This document shows positions 53,491-61,624 of a DNA stretch of 64,000 bases, piece after piece; the stretch's first letter is position 1; each line of letters begins with the position of its first letter. The translations under genes were made by a program, and so were the position numbers. Source of the DNA: Candidatus Bathyarchaeia archaeon (GTDB lineage: Archaea > Thermoproteota > Bathyarchaeia > Bathyarchaeales > Bathycorpusculaceae); the NCBI GenBank assembly GCA_050010515.1, contig JBEKKX010000005.1:14698-78697 (forward strand), written 5' to 3'. The notes below the pieces were generated by a model. The model did not search any database and was not told the origin of the DNA. It saw only the letters and a program-made list of their open reading frames with translations.

Positions 53491-55029
53491 ATGCGGCTCT
53501 TGAAAAGCAGTTGTAACTTCAGATTAGCTTTCTTCATTTTTGCCATTTGCTACCTCAGCATTCTTATTGGCTTTCTAATTCTGAACCTTTCAAACATGCC
53601 TATCCAATGGGATGAAGCCGCCCATCTTGACAACGGGCTATTCCTCAAACTTGGAATGTTCAAGCAGTTCTCGGGTAACCTGTTTTATCCACCGCTTTAT
53701 GACGCCCTAACCTTCCTGTCCTACAACATTTTTGGTGTAAGCGTTGTTTCCGCCAGAATGGTTGACGCTGTCTTCTCCGTTTTGCTTCTATGGGTAGTTT
53801 TTGAGTTCACTTACAAAGTCTATAACGGCAAAACTGCATTGTTAGGCTCAATTTTTTTAAGCCTAATGCCCGGCTACTTTGAAGCTTCTCACATGGCCAT
53901 GTTAGACATAATGGTAACATTCTTTTTTGTCCTTTCGATCTTCTTCTTTTACCTGTGGCTACAAACCCATAAAGACAGAATGCTGATCTTTACAGGGCTA
54001 ACCTTAATCCTTGGCTTCTTAGCCAAGTACCAAATTGTAGTGGCTATGCTTGTAATGCTTTTTGCCATAGTGATTTTCTCTAAGAGCCAGCTCAAAAGAC
54101 CTTTTTCAAGAAAACTCTACATTGCAATAATCTCAGTGCTGTTAGCAATAGCAGCTTATCTAATCTACAGCCTTCAGTCCTACTTAGGAATGTGGCTAAA
54201 CGCTATTGGAATGACCACTACAGGAAGCCAAACCATAACACCCGTCTATTACCTAATTGAAATGAATAGCCTATACTCCACCATTCACCCAATTTCGCTT
54301 CTAATGTATATCTTAGGCTTTCTCGGTTTGGGAATATTTGCTATTAGAAGACAAAACCCTGACAAACTCCTTCTGACATGGTTCATTACAGTTTATGTTT
54401 TTTACACTCTAGTTAACAACAAAAATTGGCGATACGTTCTTCCTTTGTTCCCAGTTTTAGCCATCGCAGCGGCGGTTTTTGTCACATATACATACACGGA
54501 ACTGCGGAGCCTCAACAGAAAAACTTTAACTAAAATCGGTGCTTCAATATTGATAGCTTTAACATGCCTATCCATGTTCTACAGTGTAAATGACACCATT
54601 TATTGGACAAACTCTGATAAAGCACCTTTTGAATTAGAACAAGCCGTTGAATATACAATAGCCCACGACAGCACAAACCAATCGATAATGGTGCTTATTC
54701 CTGATAACTACTTCAGTGAAGGCATAATAGAATTTTACCTTCTGAAAGACGGAGGACCCAAAATTCAAGTGTACAATTATCCTTGGTCAAGAATTATAGA
54801 TCCCTCCTTCAACATCACGGTTCTAATCAGCCGCTGCAAGGAGTACAACGTGAAATTTCTCTTCACAACAGAATTTGGCGGGAACAATTTAGACTATTTC
54901 AACTCAACGGTCACCTTAATGGATATCTATGCCCAATTGTATAGCTCAAACAATTTCACTCATGTAACACCTGAGCAGACTTTTGGTAAACCGCCCCTAA
55001 GCATCTACATATTAAACTACACAGGGTAA
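53491..55029 (+). CDS. PMT/ArnT-type (GT-C) membrane glycosyltransferase
   Basis: QWDE..H, YPPL, WRY..PLFP; paralog of 18784..20469. Confidence 0.85.
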   Translation: MRLLKSSCNFRLAFFIFAICYLSILIGFLILNLSNMPIQWDEAAHLDNGLFLKLGMFKQFSGNLFYPPLYDALTFLSYNIFGVSVVSARMVDAVFSVLLLWVVFEFTYKVYNGKTALLGSIFLSLMPGYFEASHMAMLDIMVTFFFVLSIFFFYLWLQTHKDRMLIFTGLTLILGFLAKYQIVVAMLVMLFAIVIFSKSQLKRPFSRKLYIAIISVLLAIAAYLIYSLQSYLGMWLNAIGMTTTGSQTITPVYYLIEMNSLYSTIHPISLLMYILGFLGLGIFAIRRQNPDKLLLTWFITVYVFYTLVNNKNWRYVLPLFPVLAIAAAVFVTYTYTELRSLNRKTLTKIGASILIALTCLSMFYSVNDTIYWTNSDKAPFELEQAVEYTIAHDSTNQSIMVLIPDNYFSEGIIEFYLLKDGGPKIQVYNYPWSRIIDPSFNITVLISRCKEYNVKFLFTTEFGGNNLDYFNSTVTLMDIYAQLYSSNNFTHVTPEQTFGKPPLSIYILNYTG

Positions 55030-55285
55030 GCTAAACTTCACATTATTGATAGACTTGCATAACTTAACTTTCTTTCAATCCTGCTCCCAAAATTTTTATC
55101 GCAATTTCGGTTGCTGGAACTGCCCATACTTTGCCTTTTGTCACCTTAAGTTTTCTTTTAGGTAGCTGCCTAACATTCAAGTTGACAATTTACCAAATGT
55201 TTTTTCACATGACCCCAAACCAAACGGTGACTTCACAGAACCCTTTAGCGTAAGAGTCTTAAGTTTTGTTGTCGATTAATGTTTT

Positions 55286-55348
55286 GGATGATGAGCACTA
55301 GAGTCACAGAGCTTGCGCAGTGATAAGGACTCGACGGGCGAACTGACA
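55286..55348 (+). ncRNA. Candidate C/D-box sRNA
   Basis: C box ATGATGA (55288), 12-nt guide, D' CAGA (55307), C' GTGATAA (55320), guide, D box CTGA (55343). TATA-like CTTAAG about 28 nt upstream. Confidence 0.6.
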
Positions 55349-55441
55349 CGTTTAAGCGGAAAACTTAATCAATAATGTAGCTGTGAAAAACTAAGTTAAA
55401 CACAAGAAATTGGCGTGACCTGAATCGAGGTGAACATGAAA

Positions 55442-55723
55442 ATGGTTGAAATGAAAGTCGATACTTCAGATCTTAAAGGTGACGAAGCTAAATTAATCGA
55501 TAAGCTAGCGGATTTCCTTAAGGAGAAAACAGGCGGAGAAGTGGCGACAGACGCAAAAATCTTAACGGTGAAAGGTGAAGGCGAAGGGCTAAGCAAAAAA
55601 TACGTACGCATAACTTTGAAAAAGTTCCTGCACAAACACGAACTCTCAGAGCTTTTCAGAGTAACAAGCCCAGAAGAGAACACGCTCAAAATTAAAAAGA
55701 GAAAACTTGAAGAAGAAGATTAA
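55442..55723 (+). CDS. rpl22e: Ribosomal protein eL22-like
   Basis: L.DFLKEK and LSKKYVRITLKKFLHKHELSELFRV resemble eukaryotic eL22 SKRYLKYLTKKYLKK..LRDWLRV. GAGGTG RBS upstream. Confidence 0.75.
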   Translation: MVEMKVDTSDLKGDEAKLIDKLADFLKEKTGGEVATDAKILTVKGEGEGLSKKYVRITLKKFLHKHELSELFRVTSPEENTLKIKKRKLEEED

Positions 55724-55821
55724 ATAGTCTCTTTTTCCCTGAACTTTAGTTAATTCTTTATTTTTCCCTTCTAAATCAGGCAAGCTGGAACAAGTGGGAA
55801 CGGTACTTTAACGGTTTAGAA

Positions 55822-55999
55822 ATGCCGACAACTACGGATATTATTTTAATTGGTGCTAATGGTTCTTTTCCAGAAAAAGTTAATCCCGGACCCCCATCAA
55901 GGCTTAATTTTGGTTGGTACTGTTTGGACATGCAAAGAAATGAATCCAGATGATAGTGCTAAAGAATGTGAATTTTGCCATGCTAAGAGAAAATATTAA
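55822..55999 (+). pseudogene. Frameshifted RanBP2-like zinc-ribbon microprotein
   Basis: GWYCLD / CKEMNPDDSAKECEFCHAKRKY* split by one extra base near 55929. Confidence 0.55.
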
Positions 56000-56047
56000 G
56001 TTCCTTCATAGCCATAGGGTTTAGTTACTCCATAGCTAGCCCATGAC

Positions 56048-56089
56048 AGGGGAAAAGGTCTTATCTTCACATTCTTCACCTTTTCCCCT
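56048..56089. terminator. 12-bp stem-loop between convergent genes
   Basis: AGGGGAAAAGGT...ACCTTTTCCCCT. Confidence 0.5.
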
Positions 56090-56119
56090 TAAACAGTTTT
56101 TATTAAATTAGAAGTTTCT

Positions 56120-56641
56120 TTAAGCTTGTGGTAACTTTTCTTCTATGTGATTGATTAGGTTTACAAGAAGCTCCTTTTTTATGTCCCTACCAATTTGCCA
56201 TCTTAAAGCATAGTAATCAACAAATGCGCAGTCTAATCGCGTTTGATATTCGGCATATGTATCCTCTTGTGCCATTCCCTTCACAAATAAGCCAATTTCA
56301 AACGCTCCCTCGTCAAATATTCTTTTGAACTTAGTATCTAAGAACGTCCAAGCTTTTTCTGTTTTGCTTGAATGATTGCTAAAAGCTTCGTTTTTCTTAA
56401 TGACTAAGGGGTCACTGTTGTCACTTGTCATTTTGTCTCTAAAAATCAGTATTTTGCCCAATTCTTCCAATGCAAATTGAACGCTAATATAAGCATGACT
56501 TAGCCTATTTTCACTAATAATAAGCCTTGCATCATTTAAGAAAGCCAGAACATTTTGTTTGCAGAGGTCAATTCCTTTAGGCATTTCTGCTCTAGGAATA
56601 ATTCTATCATCGTTTACCTTTTTCAAGAGTACTAACTCCAA
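56120..56641 (-). CDS. AbiV-like (HEPN-related) protein
   Basis: N...L.DA..., A.....FALEELGK, NHSSK, R...FVDY pattern. Confidence 0.65.
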   Translation of the reverse strand: MELVLLKKVNDDRIIPRAEMPKGIDLCKQNVLAFLNDARLIISENRLSHAYISVQFALEELGKILIFRDKMTSDNSDPLVIKKNEAFSNHSSKTEKAWTFLDTKFKRIFDEGAFEIGLFVKGMAQEDTYAEYQTRLDCAFVDYYALRWQIGRDIKKELLVNLINHIEEKLPQA

Positions 56642-56748
56642 AACCTAATCGTTTTATTTTACTATAAGAAACCTCCCATGTACTCGGTAATTAAGAAGGA
56701 AATTTGGAATATTTTATATCTGTAAAGTTGGAAAAGGGTAGTGATAAA

Positions 56749-57114
56749 ATGAACAAAGAACATTTAGCCTTAGTCGGTGTAGTTATAGCTTTAGCTGTTA
56801 TTCTAAGCGTAGTATCCATTTATGTGGTTTACGTAGATACTCCAGCGAACCAGTTTGAGCAAAAACTGAAAAATATACCTAGCCCAGACAAAGAGATACC
56901 TGCCGTAGAGTTTGTTTCAATGACTCAAGCAGAATTAAATGAGAACCTAAAAACATACACAGATCAGACACAGTTTGAGAAGGTTTCAGAATCACAATTT
57001 ATTCAAGAAATACAGAATAATAATAGAGATGGCTATACAAGTTTTATAGCAAGACTCGATAACACCTTTTACCTTATGGCTGAAGGTCAAACAAGTGTTT
57101 GTTGCACACCTTAA
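56749..57114 (+). CDS. Membrane-anchored hypothetical protein
   Basis: N-terminal TM helix; degenerate cassette head at about 56708-56736. Confidence 0.6.
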   Translation: MNKEHLALVGVVIALAVILSVVSIYVVYVDTPANQFEQKLKNIPSPDKEIPAVEFVSMTQAELNENLKTYTDQTQFEKVSESQFIQEIQNNNRDGYTSFIARLDNTFYLMAEGQTSVCCTP

Positions 57115-57160
57115 AGATTCAGTTCTACTTAGCACAGATTACTAAGTTTTCATTGATGAT

Positions 57161-57190
57161 AAGTCTTAAATCTGCACAGCGTAGAAATAG
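57161..57190 (+). promoter_or_regulatory. Cassette-head promoter motif, copy H
   Basis: AAGTCTTAAATCTGCACAGCGTAGAAATAG, 29/30 identical to copy B 26 kb away. Confidence 0.88.
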
Positions 57191-57210
57191 AGTAAATGAC
57201 GTGATGAAAA

Positions 57211-57876
57211 ATGGGTTTGGCTTCAGAGATAGCATTGCTTATTATATTGCTTATTTATTTCTCGACATTTTACGGACTTGCCTTAAAAAAGGGCAGAAAA
57301 TACTTGGAGTCATATCCTCATGGAAAAGATAATAAAGGCTATTTGTTTCAATTCCAAGATTTTTCACTAACATTGGCTGGTTTAGCTGTTACGGCAATTG
57401 CCTTGATTGTAAGTATAAAATTTGAGGGGGGCTTTTCTTCATTAGCAAGTTTTACTGAAACAATTTTATTCTTTTCTATTTCGTTTGTAACCCTTGCGCT
57501 TTCATGGAACCTAATACGGTTTCCAAAAGGAATTTACCACTTTGTAAGTGGCGTTCTTAGTGACATAGGCGTTCTATCGATAGGGTGTGGTTTACTTGTT
57601 TTCTTTTACAGCCTTAGTACGCTCTCCTTCCTCCCCACCTTTATAATACCAATTACATTTGGACTTTTCATACTGGTCTTTATTATTTTTGCAGGATGGA
57701 ACTTAAGAAGAGACATCAGTTTTTGGTCTTTAACCGAAAATTCTGAGAAGTTAAAAAGTGAAAATGAAGACAAACCACCTAAACAACCAGAAAGTACCGA
57801 GCAAAATTCAAATAATCAAGAAAAAAAAGAAAACGAAAACTGTAAAAATGTGAACGTTTTCGTAAACGTAAGCTAA
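57211..57876 (+). CDS. Multi-TM hypothetical membrane protein
   Basis: About 5 TM helices and a polar tail. Confidence 0.7.
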   Translation: MGLASEIALLIILLIYFSTFYGLALKKGRKYLESYPHGKDNKGYLFQFQDFSLTLAGLAVTAIALIVSIKFEGGFSSLASFTETILFFSISFVTLALSWNLIRFPKGIYHFVSGVLSDIGVLSIGCGLLVFFYSLSTLSFLPTFIIPITFGLFILVFIIFAGWNLRRDISFWSLTENSEKLKSENEDKPPKQPESTEQNSNNQEKKENENCKNVNVFVNVS

Positions 57877-57921
57877 AATAGCCCCTACCCCTCTCATTTT
57901 TTGACTTTTTGAAAGCACGAA

Positions 57922-57951
57922 AAATCTTAAATCTGGACAGCTTAGAAATAG
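57922..57951 (+). promoter_or_regulatory. Cassette-head promoter motif, copy I
   Basis: AAATCTTAAATCTGGACAGCTTAGAAATAG. Confidence 0.8.
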
Positions 57952-57994
57952 GTTAAACGTCGAAAAAATTGGTCGGTCTTTAGAGGTTGCGAAT

Positions 57995-58636
57995 ATGCCT
58001 AAGTACTCGAGTGCTGAGATAGAGAAAAGGAATGCTTTTTCACAGAAGATGTTCAGCCAACTTGAGGATAACATGGAAAAATTCTTAGATTATGTTCCCA
58101 TAGATGAAGACCACCTCAAAGTTTTTTCTCCCAAGCTAATTACATTGATTCTAGATGCGGGTCCAGAATTAATAAGCGCCTTTGACATTGCCATTAACTG
58201 TATTCCTACATGGGAATATTTTCAGCCAGAATTCACTATAGAACGGGAGAGTCTCTGGAAGAAAGAGCAAGAAGGCAGGAAACATAATCGAAGCTTAACC
58301 TTTAACGATTATACGAATTTCTTAGAAAGATACTCTTTTTTAAAATTAAGTACAAAGACAGTTCAACTTATCGAGTTGGATGCCTACTTCAAACCTTTTG
58401 AACTCAGCGCTACAACGTCATGGGCAAGCGTTGATTGGTGGAGCACTTACAACTTACTGAAACATGACAAGTATAGCAATCGAAAAAAGGCAACATTGAT
58501 TTCAGCCTTGAAATTATTGGGCGCTCTACTGTGTATCCTTGAGAATAATTCATGGCTAATATCCCATACCAGTTTACAGAGCGGGATTTTTCAACCAACG
58601 GGTTCACTACTCGACCCATCATTCAAAAAGATTTGA
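57995..58636 (+). CDS. Hypothetical protein, possibly HEPN-related (WW..YN..KH family)
   Basis: YVP....L.VFS.KL..L, PF, WWSTYNLLKHDK...A.L...L..LGAL. Confidence 0.6.
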   Translation: MPKYSSAEIEKRNAFSQKMFSQLEDNMEKFLDYVPIDEDHLKVFSPKLITLILDAGPELISAFDIAINCIPTWEYFQPEFTIERESLWKKEQEGRKHNRSLTFNDYTNFLERYSFLKLSTKTVQLIELDAYFKPFELSATTSWASVDWWSTYNLLKHDKYSNRKKATLISALKLLGALLCILENNSWLISHTSLQSGIFQPTGSLLDPSFKKI

Positions 58637-59022
58637 CAGAAAATCATAGATAAATAACATTTTTCTGTGGAAAACAAATTGGCTGGAAAGTCGCAACGAG
58701 CTTAGTGCCTTAAGGTCTATCTTCTAAGGTCTCTAACTTTCAAGGTCTAAAAGTGCTATGTTTCTTTAACCTGTTACAGAGTGCATTTAAGGATTAGAAA
58801 CTTAGCCAAAAACCATAGACCTTAAATTAACCCTAACCTCTTAATTTTCTATGGCTGTATGCAGAGAAAAGAGTTTTTCCTTTCCGTTAAAAGTTTCACA
58901 CACTCCTAACCTAAAGGTTTCTCTTAATCTCTCATACAGCTAAGTTTCTTTATTGCGGGAGGAAAGCCTAGCATGGTAATTAATTTCACTAATACTCAAT
59001 TTAATATCAAGAATTACAGTAT

Positions 59023-59067
59023 TATCACTTAGCAATTGAATTTCTCTAGCAAAATTGAAAGCTAAGG
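59023..59067. repeat. About 45-bp island right-end repeat, copy 2
   Basis: TATCACTTAGCAATTGAATTTCTCTAGCAAAATTGAAAGCTAAGG matches 48371..48416. Confidence 0.85.
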
Positions 59068-59167
59068 GGGACGGAGTAGGCTATTTGTTCAGTGGTTAGT
59101 AGTAAAAAGAGCAGGCAGGTTATCTAAAACAAAAAAGAAAAGAAAAGAATGAAAGCTTGCAGTGCGG

Positions 59168-61624
59168 TTACTTTCGTTTTAGCATGTTTTCGAGAATGGG
59201 TTTGAGCTTTGCGTTTTCAGCTTGGATTTTTTCTTTGCCTAGCGCTTTCATTTGGGCGTCTATTTCCTTGATGACTTCAGCGTAGTGGATGCCTTCAGCT
59301 GCTGAAACGTATTCTACTCTGAACCGTTCTGGACTCATGCCCAGTTTTGTCAGCATGCCTTTTAGGGCGTCTGTGCGTGCTTTCATCTTGTAATTTCCGC
59401 TGATGTAGTGACAGTCATAGGGTAAGTGGCATGCGCCAATCATGACCATTCCTGCACCGAGTCGCAGTGCTTCGAGGACGAATTCTCTGGCCACTCTGCC
59501 GCTGCACATAACTCGAATTGCTCGCACGCTTGGCGGGTACTCAAATCGGCTGGTTCCTGCTAGGTCTGCTCCTGCGTAACTGCACCAGTTGCATAGGATA
59601 GCTAGGATTTTCTCTTCCGGTTTGTCTTCAAGTGCAGCGCGTATTTGAGCCATAATTTGGGCGTCAGTGAAGTGCATCTGGGTAATAGCGTGTTGTGGAC
59701 ATTCAGCAACGCAGGTTCCGCAGCCGTGGCAGTTCGCAGTGGTTATGTATGCTGCTTTGCCCGGTTCTGCTTTGATAGCGCCGTAGGGGCATTTCTCAAC
59801 GCAGATACCGCATTTGGCGGTTTTGTTTCTGCATTTGGTTTCGTCAACTATTGAGATGATGGGTTCAATCTTCCACTTTTGCTTTGAGATTACTGTCGCT
59901 GCTTTTGCGGCTGCACCGCTACCTTGCGAAACGCTGTAAGGAATGTCTTTTAAGCCTTGACAGGCACCTGCATAGAAGACCCCGTCCGTCGGCGCCTCCA
60001 TCGGTTTAAGCTTGGGGTGAGACTCCATGAAGAAACCATCTGCACCGCGCGAAAGGTTTAGTATGCGTGCAATATCGGCTGAGCCTTTTTTAGCTATGCC
60101 TGCAGTTGCGAGTACTACCATGTCTACTTCAACTTCAATTGGTACACCAAGCTGTGAATCTTCTGAATGAAGGGTTAAATTGTGAGTTACTGGGTCTTCG
60201 TCAATGCGGCTTACGCGTCCACGGATGAAGTTTACGCCTCTTTCTCTTGCGCGGTCATAGAATTCCTCGTAGCCTTTGCCTGGACTGCGTATATCCATGT
60301 AGAAAACGTAGACTTCCACGTCTTCCTTGTATTTCTCTTTAATCTGAACAACATGCTTGAGCGTGTACATGCAGCAGAAGTTGCTACAGTAGGGGTACTT
60401 GTTCTTGTCTCGGCTACCGACGCATTGGATAAATGCGATTCTGTGTGGTTTCTGACCGTCTGATTGCCTGATAACTTTGCCGCCTGTTGGACCAGCAGCC
60501 AAAATGAGTCTTTCGAATTCCATGCTGGTGATGACGTTGGGGTATTTCCCGTAACCTAACAGCGGCATATCGTATGGTAAGTAAACGTCAAAGCCTGTGG
60601 AAACAATGATTGCGCCAACGTCTATTTCGACTTCTTCAGGTTTCTGGTCGAAATCTATCGCTTGCCGATCACCGCAAGCATCAACACATTTGAAGCATTC
60701 AATACAGTAATCCTTGTTAACAGCGTAAATTAACGGCACTGTCTGATCGAAGGGTACTGAAATTGCTTTCCGCGTGCCAAGGTTCATGTCCCACTCGTTG
60801 GGGTACTCTATTGGGCAAGCATCTTTGCATTCCCCGCAACCCGTGCAATTTTTAGATATGACGTAACGTGGATTCTTGCGGATTTTTACTTTGAAGTTGC
60901 CAATGTAACCATCAACTTTAACAAGATCAGAGTTGGCGAAGATTGTGATGTTAGGGTGGCGACCGCAATCCACCATTTTTGGTCCCTCAATGCAGATGCT
61001 ACAGTCAAGCGTGGGGAAGGTTTTGTCCAGTGCAGCCATGTGCCCGCCGATGCTCTGCGTGTTTTCCAGCATGTAAACCTTAAAGCCCATTTCAGCCAGG
61101 TCTAAGGCAGCGTTCATCCCCGCGATTCCTCCACCGACAATGAGCGCCTTGTTGGTGACTGGCACTTCGATGGTTTGCAGAGGCATCATTAACCGCACTT
61201 TTGCTACCGCCATACGAACGGAATCTTTTGCTCGGTCTGTTGCCCCTTGTGGATCATTCTGGTGGCACCATGAAGAGAACTCTCTGATGTTAGCCATCTC
61301 GAAAAGGAACGGGTTTAAACCTGCTTCTGAAACTGTGCGTCTAAATGTAGGTTCGTGCATTCTTGGTGAGCAAGCGGCAACGACGACGCGGTTGAGTTTT
61401 TGCTCTCGGATGGCTTTTCGGATTTCTTCTTGCCCCGGGTCTGCGCATGTGTAGCGGTTTTCTTTGACGTACACCACGTCCGGTATGGTTTTAGCGTATT
61501 CCGTAACTTGTTTAACATCTACTGTGCCTGCAATGTTTAAGCCGCAGTCGCAAACGAAAACGCCGACTCGAAGCTCTTCAGGTTTTGTTGCTTCAGGTTG
61601 TTTAGGTGCTTGTGGGGTAGTCAT
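59168..61624 (-). CDS. hdrA: Heterodisulfide reductase subunit A fused to MvhD
   Basis: VFVCDCG, ACSP, GGGIAG FAD site, DKTFPTLDC, QCVGSRD, CSNFCC, ferredoxin motifs; C-terminal MvhD CNWCSY.GAD...MCSGR. Confidence 0.95.
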   Translation of the reverse strand: MTTPQAPKQPEATKPEELRVGVFVCDCGLNIAGTVDVKQVTEYAKTIPDVVYVKENRYTCADPGQEEIRKAIREQKLNRVVVAACSPRMHEPTFRRTVSEAGLNPFLFEMANIREFSSWCHQNDPQGATDRAKDSVRMAVAKVRLMMPLQTIEVPVTNKALIVGGGIAGMNAALDLAEMGFKVYMLENTQSIGGHMAALDKTFPTLDCSICIEGPKMVDCGRHPNITIFANSDLVKVDGYIGNFKVKIRKNPRYVISKNCTGCGECKDACPIEYPNEWDMNLGTRKAISVPFDQTVPLIYAVNKDYCIECFKCVDACGDRQAIDFDQKPEEVEIDVGAIIVSTGFDVYLPYDMPLLGYGKYPNVITSMEFERLILAAGPTGGKVIRQSDGQKPHRIAFIQCVGSRDKNKYPYCSNFCCMYTLKHVVQIKEKYKEDVEVYVFYMDIRSPGKGYEEFYDRARERGVNFIRGRVSRIDEDPVTHNLTLHSEDSQLGVPIEVEVDMVVLATAGIAKKGSADIARILNLSRGADGFFMESHPKLKPMEAPTDGVFYAGACQGLKDIPYSVSQGSGAAAKAATVISKQKWKIEPIISIVDETKCRNKTAKCGICVEKCPYGAIKAEPGKAAYITTANCHGCGTCVAECPQHAITQMHFTDAQIMAQIRAALEDKPEEKILAILCNWCSYAGADLAGTSRFEYPPSVRAIRVMCSGRVAREFVLEALRLGAGMVMIGACHLPYDCHYISGNYKMKARTDALKGMLTKLGMSPERFRVEYVSAAEGIHYAEVIKEIDAQMKALGKEKIQAENAKLKPILENMLKRK

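Noticed and set aside
55879-55900. tRNA 3'-end-like GTTAATCCCGGACCCCCATCA as an att site
   Set aside because: No complete T-arm, no partner repeat, and it lies within the zinc-ribbon reading frame.
30281-57951. Cassette heads as a CRISPR array
   Set aside because: Copies are separated by whole genes, not 30-40 bp spacers, and no cas genes are present.
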